Shown here: in pieces, positions 13,406 through 23,858 of the stretch
Numbering within the stretch: position 1 is the stretch's first letter
How the letters are laid out: each line of letters starts with the position of its first letter
From: Octopus sinensis
Lineage: Eukaryota
NCBI RefSeq assembly: GCF_006345805.1
Contig: NC_042997.1
Coordinates: 74,214,001 to 74,278,000 of the forward strand
Direction: 5' to 3'
Length of the DNA: 64,000 nt
The notes under the pieces: generated by a model
Told to the model about the DNA's origin: nothing
Database searches by the model: none
The model's input: the letters and a program-made list of their open reading frames with translations, nothing else
Translations under genes and position numbers: made by a program

Positions 13406-13718
13406 CGTATATGTGTGTATGTATATGTGTGTGTGTGTGTGTGTGTATATATATACATATGTGTATGTATATACATATGTGTATATGTATAAGTGAGAGT
13501 CTCCTTATTTACCTAAAACTCTATTCTTCTATTTATTTTTGTATTTTATTTTTTTTATTTTATTCTTTTATTTATTATTTTATCTACTATACCACTGACT
13601 CCTTGACCACTCCCCTAAGTATGATACTTTTGCGCTATGCCTACCCCCAAAAAGTCCCCCACTACAACCCCTTTAAACCTGCCTAAATGTATAAATGCCA
13701 AAACAATTCTTGTTAACT

Positions 13719-13769
13719 AGCTTCCTGATGATTTCTCTTGAATGAAACAGTTCTAGTCCTGTAGAAGCT
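13719..13769 (+). ncRNA. Type I hammerhead ribozyme copy HH4 (intact)
   Basis: Same sequence as HH3: CTGATGA 13725-31, GAAA 13744-47, GTA 13761-63, gaagct 13764-69. Confidence 0.8.
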
Positions 13770-13855
13770 CCTTCTATATAATAAATTAATTTTACTCTGC
13801 TATGTATTGAGTACCTTATTTACTGTGGTTAACCCCGAATCAACCCGGGACCTAC

Positions 13856-13923
<68 letters not shown>

Positions 13924-13996
13924 AATATATGGTAAAACCATATAACTGGAGGAGAGCTTACTCTACAGGTAGAGAAGTGGGTAAATATAAATAGAT

Positions 13997-14177
13997 ATCG
14001 TAACGATACCAGCTACCAAATGGTTTCACGGCGAATTGGGGCCCCGAGTGACCTTAGTAAAGTCATTGGGGAGAATCCCAGCCGATAATCGGCTCAGGAT
14101 TCTCCCCAATGACTTTACTAATGCCACCGGGGCCCCAATTCGCCGTGAAACCATTTGGTAGCTGGTATCATTACGAT
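13997..14177. repeat. 181-bp near-perfect GC-rich hairpin (foldback)
   Basis: 13997-14046 pairs with 14128-14177 (49/50), 14054-14078 pairs with 14097-14121 (25/25), and agccgat/atcggct closes the tip at 14087. Confidence 0.95.
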
Positions 14178-14407
14178 TTTTTATTTTTTTATTTCATCTA
14201 GTTTCTGCTCACGAGCTGTGGCCATGCTGGGGCACCGCCATTTTTTAAAAGTTGCCAGCAGATGGTTATGGCATTCGAACCCAAACAACTCGATTTTTTA
14301 TTTTTTTATTTCATCTAGTTTCAGCTCACGAGCTGTGGCCATGCTGAGGCACCGCCATTTTTAAAAAGTTGCCAGCAGATTGTTATGGCATTCGAACCCA
14401 AACAACT
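14174..14407 (+). repeat. Tandem duplication (2 x 117 bp) containing a SINE-like segment
   Basis: Units 14174-14290 and 14291-14407 both contain gctcacgagctgtggccatgctg(g/a)ggcaccgcc...gcattcgaacccaaacaact. Confidence 0.85.
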
Positions 14408-14520
14408 CGGATACTGGCTGAGTACTTTACCATTAAGCTAAATGACCCACGATGTCTCTTTATATTTTTATATATATATCGTATATTTATAAAGAGGGCA
14501 AATTTAGATTGAAAAAAAGA

Positions 14521-14580
14521 TGGACAACATTAATCGATTTTCGAACCTTATTGGGTTCTCATCAGAGGCGTAGTGGTTCA
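14521..14580 (-). ncRNA. Hammerhead-like motif of a second family (perfect core and stem II, weak stem I)
   Basis: Minus strand: CTGATGA (14565-59), stem II gaacc-caataa-ggttc, GAAA (14542-39), palindromic AATCGATT stem III, UUA triplet. Stem I pairs poorly. Confidence 0.5.
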
Positions 14581-16264
14581 AACATGAAAAATAGAACTCA
14601 TGTTGAGTCAGACTCAAATAATAAGTATGGATTTATTAATCGGCGAAAGTTACATAGTGACTGAAGGTTCGAGAGTTTCATGCAGAGGCACTTATCAAAC
14701 TAATTAAAACAATGTTTTCTATATAAAACGAAAAAGCAGGACAGTATCGGAAACAAATATGATGCAGATACTATTTTATATACATGCAGGAAGACTTTTG
14801 ATTGATAATACGACAGAATTAAGGCAAGATAAAAACATGAAAGTCGTCAATATATAAGGCATTCTGCCTAAACTACGTGTTTAAGATATGATTTGTTAGT
14901 AGTAACGCTAAAAGTAAACTATTTCCTAAGGAACTCAAGAGAAGGATAAAAAGAGCAGATAAAGAGGAATAAAGACAAAAGGAAAGTAAGGACTGAATGA
15001 AAAATGAAAAGGGGAATCAATGCTGAAGTGAATGCTAGGCTGGAGTTGAAAAAAAGGCACTTAGCCAGGCAGTGGTCAAGCAGATAATGGTATGGGATAT
15101 TGAATGGTTGTTTTGCACCAAAAAGGTGGATGGGGGGGGGGGATCCACTGACCTGGGAGTGCAGGTAGAAAGAAAGAGGAAGTGTAGAAAAAGAAGGCAA
15201 TAAAGATAGATAGGAGGTGGTTATGAAAGGTAGTAAAGAGAGAAAAGAAGAAATAGATAGGGAATGTTTTACAAAGAAGAGGATAGGAAAGGTTAGAAAA
15301 TGCAGACAATGTCCACCAAATGTTGAAAGCTGTGTGGGGTACCACTGAGTAAGAATAGAAGCGGATGTGTGGCTTTACAAATTTATTTGCAATTATTTAT
15401 AGTTAAATGTTTCCTTTCAAAGTTTTTACTTTCAAACAATTTTTTCATGCACATTTTGGATCTAACAACCTATATGAGAAAATCGTTTTGACTGAAAGAA
15501 TTTTGAAAGGGTTTTTTTAGACTGGGGTCAAACGGTCGAATCCATTCAACCATGTTTTAAGTCTTTAGCAACACCAATTACAAAAAACTTGGGAGTAGTA
15601 ACTTCAGATGGAGAGAAGTATTGACTGACAGAAAGAGAGATTTACACATTTTAACTGGGTGGAAGCTGTCTTCAATAATTCAAGTAATGCTATGTATTCA
15701 AAATTAGCCATACATGCTGGTTTTGTTGTTGTTATTGTTGCTGCTACTGTTGTTATTGTCACATATTTTTTTTTTGTATTTTGACACTACTTTCCTTCAG
15801 AAGTCAGTGGTCATAATTTACCTAGGGAATTTTATGCCAGCTTCATCACTTTTATTTATTATTATTTTTTTTTCTTTGTTTTGAGACAAGATCGAACTTA
15901 AGCATTTTATACCGATAAATTTTAGACACTTTTTTCTGAAACTGGTAAGATTATGTAGGGGGTGCACCCCCTGAGAATTCTAGGGGTGCAGGTGCAGCGG
16001 ATCTTTTCATTTGTGAAGCCAGTTTTTCCAAATTTTTCCTACTGAACCAAACAATTTGAAACTTCGTATACTGGTAGAATGTGTCAAAAGTAAACTTAAT
16101 TGTAAACCAGAATGAAAACGGAATTGTAACTTCTAAGTTTAACATTGTTTAATAATTAGAATTTTAACCAATGGTATTCCGTCTTTCGGCTTCATATTAT
16201 TTACTCCGTCTCGACCACCAATTTGGTGACGTAGTAAACATATGGTATGTAAACAAATGTAAAC

Positions 16265-16358
16265 AAAACAATAACGATGAAATTTTTTACTCGGTGTATG
16301 TGTATATGTATGAATGTATGTATGTATGAATGTATGTATGTATGTGTGTATGTATCTA

Positions 16359-16405
<47 letters not shown>

Positions 16406-16779
16406 ATGGCCGATTCGGTGTTTAGTTTTTTCGAGTGAATACTCGGTGTATGTGTATCTGTATGCATGTGTGTGCATGTGTGTGTGTGTGTATGTATCTA
16501 TGTATGTGTGTGTGTGTGTATGTATGTGTGTGTGTGTATGTATGTGTGTATGTATGGCCGATTCAGTGTTTAGTTTTTTCGAGTGAATGCTCGGTGTATG
16601 TGTATCTGTATGTATGTGTGTGTGTATGTATCTATGTATGTATGTGTGTGTATGTATGTGTGTGTGTGTGTGTGTGTCACACATGTATGTATGGCCGATT
16701 CAGTGTTTAGTTTTTTCGAGTGAATACTCAGTGTATGTGTATCTGTATGTATGTGTGTGTGTGTGTATGTATCTATGTA

Positions 16780-16810
<31 letters not shown>

Positions 16811-17180
16811 ATGGCCGATTCGGTGTTTAGTTTTTTCGAGTGAATACTCGGTGTATGTGTATCTGTATGTATGTGTGTGCATGTGTGTGTGTGTATCTAT
16901 GTATGTGTGTGTGTATGTATGTGAGTGTGTGTATGTATGTATGTATGTATGGCCGATTCAGTGTTTAGTTTTTTCGAGTGAATACTCGGTGTATGTGTAT
17001 CTGTATGTATGTGTGTGTGTATGTATCTATGTATGTATGTGTATGTATGTATGTGTGTGTGTGTATGTATCTATGTATGTATGTATGTGTGTGTATTATG
17101 TGTGTGTGTGTGTGTATCTATGTGTGTGTGTGTGTGTGTATTTATGTGTGTGCATGTGTGTGTGTGTGTGTATGTATCTA

Positions 17181-17218
<38 letters not shown>

Positions 17219-17880
17219 TGTATGTATGTGTGTGTGTGTATGTATGTATGTATGTATGGCCGATTCAGTGTTTAGTTTTTTCGAGTGAATACTCGGTGTA
17301 TGTGTATCTGTATGTATGTGTGTGTGTATGTATCTATGTATGTATGTGTGTGTATGTATGTGTGTGTGTATGTATCTATGTATGTATGTGTGTGTATGTA
17401 TGTGTATGTGTGTGTGTGTGTGTATCTATGTGTGTGTGTGTCACACATGTATGTATGGCCGATTCAGTGTTTAGTTTTTTTCGAGTGAATACTCGGTGTA
17501 CGTGTATCTGTATGTATGTTTGTGTGTGTATGTATCTATGTATGTATGTATGTATGTATGTGTGTGTATGTATGTGTGTGTGTGTGTATCTATGTGTGTG
17601 TGTGTATGTATGTGTGTGTGTGTACGTCACACATGGGATGTGAAATGTAAACAAAACGATGAAATTTTTTACTCGGTGTATGTATATATGTATGCATGTG
17701 TGTGTGTGTGTATGTATCTATGTATGTGTGTGTGTATGTATGTATGTGTGTGTATGTAACACATGGGATGTGAAATGTAAACAAAACGATGAAATTTTTT
17801 ACTCGGTGTATGTGTATATGTATGTATGTGTGTGTGTATGTATCTATGTATGTGTGTGTGTGTGTATGTGTGTGTATGTA

Positions 17881-17913
<33 letters not shown>

Positions 17914-18058
17914 ATGTATGTATGTATGTATGTATGTATGTATGTATGTATGGCCGATTCAGTGTTTAGTTTTTCAAGTGAAAACGATGAAATTTTTTAC
18001 TCGGTGTATGTGTATATGTATGTATGTATGTGTGTGTGTGTATGTATCTATGTATGTA

Positions 18059-18091
<33 letters not shown>

Positions 18092-18268
18092 ATGGCTGAT
18101 TCAGTGTTTACTTTATTTCGAGTTAAAACGAAAGATTACCCTTGCTATGTAGAAAATAATGAGGTTGACTCAATGGAATAATGACAGTGATCGAAGATAT
18201 AAAGAAAATTTTTTTGGTAATCTTTCATTTTAACTCGAAATAAAGTAAACACTGAATCGGCCATACAT

Positions 18269-18299
<31 letters not shown>

Positions 18300-18381
18300 T
18301 ACACACACACATACATACACACGCACACATACATACATACACACACACATCCATGCATACATACATGCATACATACATACA

Positions 18382-18413
<32 letters not shown>

Positions 18414-18420
18414 CACATAT
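16265..18420. repeat. Compound satellite: conserved ~40-bp cores separated by (TG)/(TATG) spacers, ending in a foldback
   Basis: Core ggccgattc(a/g)gtgtttag... begins at 16408, 16556, 16693, 16813, 16951, 17258, 17457, 17952 and 18094 (variant), with an inverted copy at ~18215-18262. A second core tgaaattttttactcggtg occurs at ~16278, 17660, 17789 and 17988. Confidence 0.9.
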
Positions 18421-18436
18421 ACATAACCAAAGATAT

Positions 18437-20103
18437 AGCAGAAAAGAAGTTTGCCAATGTCCAGCGACGTGAGGACCAAAGAACTGAGGTATTTCGTATT
18501 GCTAGACAGTGTGTCAGAGAAAATAGTGATGTTACAGGAGAGAAATGTGTCCGCATTGATGATGGGGCACTTGCTTTTAATGTTGGTGAAAAGAAAGAGG
18601 CTTGGAGAAGCCATTATGAAAGACTGTTGAATGTGGAGAATGAATGGGAGGAGGAGAGCCTGCCAAATGTTGACCCAGTAGAGGGACCAGCTATCCAAAT
18701 AGACAGCTCCCTTGTAGTTAAGGCAATTAAGGATATGAAACCAGGTAAAGCCCCCGGCCCATCAGGTATCACTGCTGAGATGCTTAAAACAGCTGGTTAT
18801 GCGGGCTATGGCCTAGTCACCCGTATTGTTAACCAGGTAGTTCATAATGGAGTCATACCCAATGACTGGCGTAGCAGCACCATAGTCAACTGCTACAAGG
18901 GTAAGGGTGATGCTCTAGATAGAAATAACTACAGGGGTATTAAACTGTTGGATCAGGTGATGAAGGCCACAGAGAGGGTCATAACCCATCTCATTAGGGA
19001 GAGAATTTGCTTAGATGAGATGCAATTCGGTTTTGTGTCGGGTAGAAGCACCACTGATGCTAGATTCCTGGTCCGACAACTGCTGGAGAAATACCTAGCT
19101 AAAGATAAACCCCTCTACATAGCTTTTGTGGACTTGGAGAAAGCCTTTGACAGGGTTCCCCGATCCCTTATCTGGTGGTCGATGCGGAAACTGTTGATTG
19201 ACGAATGGCTAATAAGGGCTGTACAGGCTCTATACAGAGAGGCTGTCAGCAAGGTTAGGATAGGCAACGAATATAGTGAAATATTCCGGGTAGAAGTAGG
19301 TGTACACCAGGGCTCAGCCCTCAGTCCCCTTTTATTCATCATAGTCCTCTAGGCAATAACAGAGGAATTCAAAACAGGTTGCCCCTGGGAGCTCCTCTAT
19401 GCTGATGACCTGGCCCTCATAGCAGAATCGCTACCGGAACTAAAAAAGAAATTTCGGGTGTGGAAACAAGGGTTAGAATCAAAGGGCCTTAGAGTAAATG
19501 TAGCGAAGAACAAAGTTATAGTATGCAGAAAGGCGAACTCAGCACACACCCCATCGGGCAGGTGGCCCTGCTCGAGCTGTAGGAAAGGTGTAGGTAGAAA
19601 CTCCATAACATGCACCCAATGTAAGCTATGGACGCACAAGAGGTGCAGCAACATTAAAGGGAAATTAACAGATAAGATAGCTTTCATGTGCGGCAGATGC
19701 ACAGGGACAATAGACACCACAGACACTCAGAAAACAGATTCCATCACACTCCAGGGAGAGAAACTAGAAGTAGTTGATAGTTTCCGCTACCTGGGTGACC
19801 AAGTTAGTAGTGGGGGTGGATGCTCAGAGAGTGTCACCACTAGAACACGAATAGCCTGGGCAAAGTTTAGAAAGCTCCTACCCCTACTGGTGACAAAGGG
19901 TCTCTCACTCAGAGTGAAAGGTAGATTGTATGATGCATGTGTGTGAACTGCCATGCTTCACGGCAGTGAAACATGGGCCGTGACTGCAGAGGACATGCGT
20001 AGACTTGACAGAAATGAAGCTAGCATGATCCGCTGGATGTGTAATGTCAGTGTGAATGCACGACAGAGTGTAAGCACCCTGAGAGAAATGCTAGGCATAA
20101 GAA
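18437..20103 (+). mobile_element. RTE-clade LINE, 5'-truncated (RT + PHD finger), left part
   Basis: One reading frame from ~18437 with only two nonsense codons (19350-52, 19944-46): NYRGIKLL, QFGF, VDLEKAFDRVP, VHQGSALSPLLF, LYADD, then a C4HC3 finger. Interrupted at 20103 by the CR1 insertion. Confidence 0.92.
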
Positions 20104-20186
20104 TCCATGGCTTCCCTAAATCGCAACTCTGTGCCACGGGAGAGTTTTAGCCTCCGCGATGATGGGCAGATCTGTGAGTCTGGATA

Positions 20187-20924
20187 ATGGATGCCAGTTG
20201 GACTGAGCAGACTACACCCACAACAACAACTGGCAATGCAAAAATCTTGGGGAAACTAACCAATCAGCCATCCCCTGTATATCATCATCTGAAATCCAGA
20301 TATAAACTGCTGTCCTTGAATGCCCGTAGTTTATGCAACAAGGTGCATCTTTTTGTCTCCTACGTCAAAAGTATCAACCCAGATTTCATCACAGTCACGG
20401 AAACGTGGGCACACTCTGCACTCTGTGATGGAGTTTTCAGCATAGCCGGCTACAACCTGTTCCGCAAAGACCGCATTAATCGCCGTGGAGGGGGTGTGAT
20501 GATTTATGTTCGATCAAGTCTATCGGCAATCCCCTGTGATGATTTGAACCAATCTCAGCAGGAGGTATTTTTCTGCAATGTACACATGACCATGTCAACA
20601 CTTCTGCTCGGAGTCGTTTACCGTCCTCCAAATTATCGCCAAGACACACAGCTTTTTGATCTCCTCAGGGCGGCTGCCATGAAAACAGCCACATATGTGT
20701 ATGTTGCGGGGGACTTCAATTTCCCTGAGATTGACTGGGAGGCCTTCCGTTGGCCGCAAAGTGCAGACGATTTTCTTGAACTGGTGCTGAATTCGAATTG
20801 GTCCCAAGTTGTTACCTCCCCCACAAGGGGTAACAACACTTTGGATCTGCTACTAACCGCTTCTCCTGAAACAATCATTAGTGTCGCTACCGAAGAACCT
20901 TTGGTGACTCTGATCATTCCATGA
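20187..20924 (+). CDS. CR1 ORF2, APE endonuclease portion
   Basis: LNARSL, ITVTETW, RKDR...RRGGGV, YRPP, GDFNFPEIDW, PTRGNNTLDLL. A 1-nt frameshift near 20900-20902 precedes GDSDH. Confidence 0.85.
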   Translation: MDASWTEQTTPTTTTGNAKILGKLTNQPSPVYHHLKSRYKLLSLNARSLCNKVHLFVSYVKSINPDFITVTETWAHSALCDGVFSIAGYNLFRKDRINRRGGGVMIYVRSSLSAIPCDDLNQSQQEVFFCNVHMTMSTLLLGVVYRPPNYRQDTQLFDLLRAAAMKTATYVYVAGDFNFPEIDWEAFRWPQSADDFLELVLNSNWSQVVTSPTRGNNTLDLLLTASPETIISVATEEPLVTLIIP

Positions 20925-23068
20925 TCATGGCCGACTTGTCTCTGATTGGTTGTAACAAAAAACACAACCATCTTCAGATTGCCCGCTTTGACTGGAATAA
21001 AGCAAACTGGAGCTCTTATTGTACTGAGCTGCAACGCCCAAACTGGCGCGAATTTTATGCCTCTGGAGATGTGGACACTATACTCCAGAACATTCTGAAT
21101 TCAATATGGGCAGCATGTGCAGCATCAGTACCACGCAAGCACAAAAAACTACCCAATAGTGCAATTTGGGAGACTGCAGCAGTCCGACTTGCCAGGAAAG
21201 AACGCCGTAATGCTGAACGGGAATACAAATTGCATAAATCAGAGAGCAACAGGAAAAAGCGCAATAGATCAGCCAACCACCTCAAGCAGGTGACAAAAAA
21301 GGCAGTGCTTGAATTTGAACAATGCATTGCAGCTAACCCTGACAGCAAAGGGTTCTGGAAGTATGTGCACTCAAAGCAGAGACCCCACTCTCCTGTTGGT
21401 CCCCTTCGCAATCCCCACACAGGACAGATTACTGGCAATCCCGAAGAATGTGCAGAAATCATTGCTGGATGCTATGCCGGCATCTTTACTGTCGAAGACC
21501 AAAATGTTCCATCATCATCACCACTGACATTGGACTCTATATCTTCTATGCAATTTACACCAGCAATGCTGCAACGCCACCTAAAGAATAAACGCAATTA
21601 TGCCTCTCCTGGTCTCGATGGTGTTACATACCTACTTCTCAAACGCGGTGGGTACCATCTTCTAAGCCAACTTTCTCTATTCTTCCAATTCTGTCTCGAC
21701 AATGGTGTTACTCCAGAACAGTGGAAAACTGCCAGTGTCATCCCTCTGTTAAAAAAAGGCGACCGCACATCGCCTGTCAACCATCGCCCCGTCAGTCTTA
21801 CTAGCTGCATCGCCAAACTGATGGAATCCTGTATCAGAGAAACCCTCTGGAACTTCTGGAAGTCTCACAGCCTCATCCAGCCATCACAATTCGGATTTAT
21901 TCCTAACTCCAGCTGCTGTAATCAACTCATCGAGTTTCTTGAGGACGTTACCCAAATCACTGATCGCGGATCCTGGGTGGATGTTGTTTACCTGGACTTT
22001 GCTAAGGCTTTTAACTCTGTGCCACACAAAAGACTTATGGTGAAGCTTTCTGCGTTGGGTGTAAGAGACGAACTCTATAACTGGTTAAAGTCCTTTATTT
22101 TCGGCCGAAAAGAGGTTGTCACAGTTCTAGGACAGCACTCTTCGCCCTATGAGATGACATCTGGTGTGCCGCAGGGATCTGTTCTTGGCCCTCTTTTATT
22201 TGTTGCATATGTTAATGACATAGATGCCAACTTAAAGAATGCCACAGTGCTGAAATATGCAGATGACATCAAGCTGTACCTCGAAATAAAGAGGTCAAAT
22301 CCTGTACACTATGGATCTCTATTGCAAGCAGACCTGGACACAATGCAGCAGTGGATCATGGACTGGCAACTCAAGCTGGCTGTGGACAAAAGTACCACCA
22401 TGCATTTTGGGAGGAGAAACCCAGCGTCCACCTACTCCCTCCACAACACTAGTCTCAAAAAGTCTTCAAGTGAACGTGACCTGAGTGTTATTGTCGACAG
22501 TGATTTGCGTTGGACAAAACACATCGCTAAAATTGTCAAGAAGGCTGAGGGTGTCTTGGCATCACTCACCAAATCCTTTGTGAGCTGCTCTCTGGCTATC
22601 TATTTGCGGCTTTATATAGCTATGGTAAGACCTCACCTGGAATTTGCATCACCGGTCTGGAACCCCTATCTTGCCCAGGACATCAATCGTCTGGAAGCTG
22701 TTCAGCGACGTGCAACCAAAAGAATACCCTCCATCAGGCATTTGCCATATCCTGAACGCCTTACTTCCCTGGGCATGGACACATTGAAACTCCGACGTCT
22801 GGCAGCTGACTTGGCAGACACCCATAAAATTATCAACCATCGCACAAACAATAACTCTGAGCACCTCTTCAAAATCCACCCATCTAACACCCGTGGACAT
22901 ATTTACAAAGTAAGAAAACAGCACAGCTCCCATGACTTCAGGAAACATTTTTTCACGCTGAGAGTTGCTGAAGCGTGGAACAAACTGCCGGCATCGGTTG
23001 TTAGTTGTCGGAGCACTGCATCCTTCAAAACTTCCATGCTTCTTGAGATTCGCCAACACTACACTTGA
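20921..23068 (+). CDS. CR1 ORF2, reverse transcriptase portion (715 aa open)
   Basis: RPVSLTSCIAKLME, QFGF, YLDFAKAF, SGVPQGSVLGPLLF, YADD, MVRPHLEFASPVWNPY, LEAVQRRATK. Confidence 0.9.
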   Translation: MIMADLSLIGCNKKHNHLQIARFDWNKANWSSYCTELQRPNWREFYASGDVDTILQNILNSIWAACAASVPRKHKKLPNSAIWETAAVRLARKERRNAEREYKLHKSESNRKKRNRSANHLKQVTKKAVLEFEQCIAANPDSKGFWKYVHSKQRPHSPVGPLRNPHTGQITGNPEECAEIIAGCYAGIFTVEDQNVPSSSPLTLDSISSMQFTPAMLQRHLKNKRNYASPGLDGVTYLLLKRGGYHLLSQLSLFFQFCLDNGVTPEQWKTASVIPLLKKGDRTSPVNHRPVSLTSCIAKLMESCIRETLWNFWKSHSLIQPSQFGFIPNSSCCNQLIEFLEDVTQITDRGSWVDVVYLDFAKAFNSVPHKRLMVKLSALGVRDELYNWLKSFIFGRKEVVTVLGQHSSPYEMTSGVPQGSVLGPLLFVAYVNDIDANLKNATVLKYADDIKLYLEIKRSNPVHYGSLLQADLDTMQQWIMDWQLKLAVDKSTTMHFGRRNPASTYSLHNTSLKKSSSERDLSVIVDSDLRWTKHIAKIVKKAEGVLASLTKSFVSCSLAIYLRLYIAMVRPHLEFASPVWNPYLAQDINRLEAVQRRATKRIPSIRHLPYPERLTSLGMDTLKLRRLAADLADTHKIINHRTNNNSEHLFKIHPSNTRGHIYKVRKQHSSHDFRKHFFTLRVAEAWNKLPASVVSCRSTASFKTSMLLEIRQHYT

Positions 23069-23203
23069 TTTTCTCCCCTCCATACACACACAAGCATGTT
23101 CACTTTCCAGACATTTCTACATTGCTGCATGTACTTTATATGAACTTTCTGACAAGTTGTGGTGCACCTGAGCACTGTATACAATAATTTCATTATTATT
23201 ATT

Positions 23204-23858
23204 ATAAGAAGCATCAGATGCGGTGTGCAAGAGCGACGCTTGCGATGGTATGGTCATGTACTGCGGATGAATGAGGAGAGATGTGTGAAGAAGTGCCACT
23301 CCCGAACAGTTGAAGGAATCAGGGGGAGAGGTAGACCCAGGAAGACATGGGATGAGGCAGGCAAGCATGACCTCAGAGCATTGGGCCTCACTGAGGCAAT
23401 GGCGAAGGACTGAGATCTCTGGAGATGTGCTGTGACTACTAAGACCCGTGATGCTTCCGGCACCAGTTCCGCATACCCCCTGCCCATTCAAAGTACCTTG
23501 GATCCCGGAACATCTCACTGTGCTTGAGGAGACCTGTTGAGTCAAGTGCATGTACATGAACATCAAACCAAATATCAATGGAAACAGTAGTTGTGATACC
23601 TGTGCCGGTGACACATAAAAAGCACCATCCGAACGTGGCCGATGCCAGACCCCTCTGGCACCTGTGCCACTGGCACATAAAAAGTACCCACTATACTCAC
23701 GGAGTGGTTGGCATTATGAAGGGCATCCAGCTGTAGAAACACTGCCAGATCAGACTGGAGCCTGGTGCAGCCTTCTGGCTTCCCAGATCCCGGTTGAACC
23801 GTCCAACCCATGCTAGCATGGAAAACGGACGTTAAACGATGATGATGATGATGATGAT
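23204..23858 (+). mobile_element. RTE-clade LINE, right part (C-terminus and 3' UTR with (GAT)n tail)
   Basis: RSIRCGVQERRLRWYGHVLRM...GRGRPRKTW, then a 3' UTR ending ggacgttaaacgatgatgatgatg. Confidence 0.9.

Larger units (their letters stand above)
5966..13856. repeat. ~7.9-kb nested imperfect palindrome built from four copies (U1-U4) of a microsatellite-rich non-coding unit
   Basis: U1 (5966-~8340) mirrors U4 (~11360-13856) and U2 (9192-~10194) mirrors U3 (~10285-11315). Diagnostic variants are shared by the mirror pairs (aaaagtatc, gagactctc in U1/U4; aaaaatatc, gagattctc in U2/U3). Centre ~10195-10285. Confidence 0.9.
20104..23203 (+). mobile_element. CR1-clade LINE (5'-truncated, ORF2 nearly intact) inserted into the RTE
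   Basis: 7-bp TSD ATAAGAA at 20097-20103 and 23204-23210; (ATT)n tail. Removing the insert restores the RTE reading LREMLGIRSIRCGVQERRLRW. Confidence 0.92.

Noticed and set aside
13690-13785. TATAAA upstream and AATAAA downstream of HH4 as promoter and poly(A) signal
   Set aside because: Such hexamers are frequent by chance in this AT-rich sequence and there is no transcript evidence.
16408-18140. CRISPR-like pattern of ~40-bp hairpin repeats with spacers
   Set aside because: The spacers are microsatellites of very unequal length, the context is eukaryotic and there are no cas genes.
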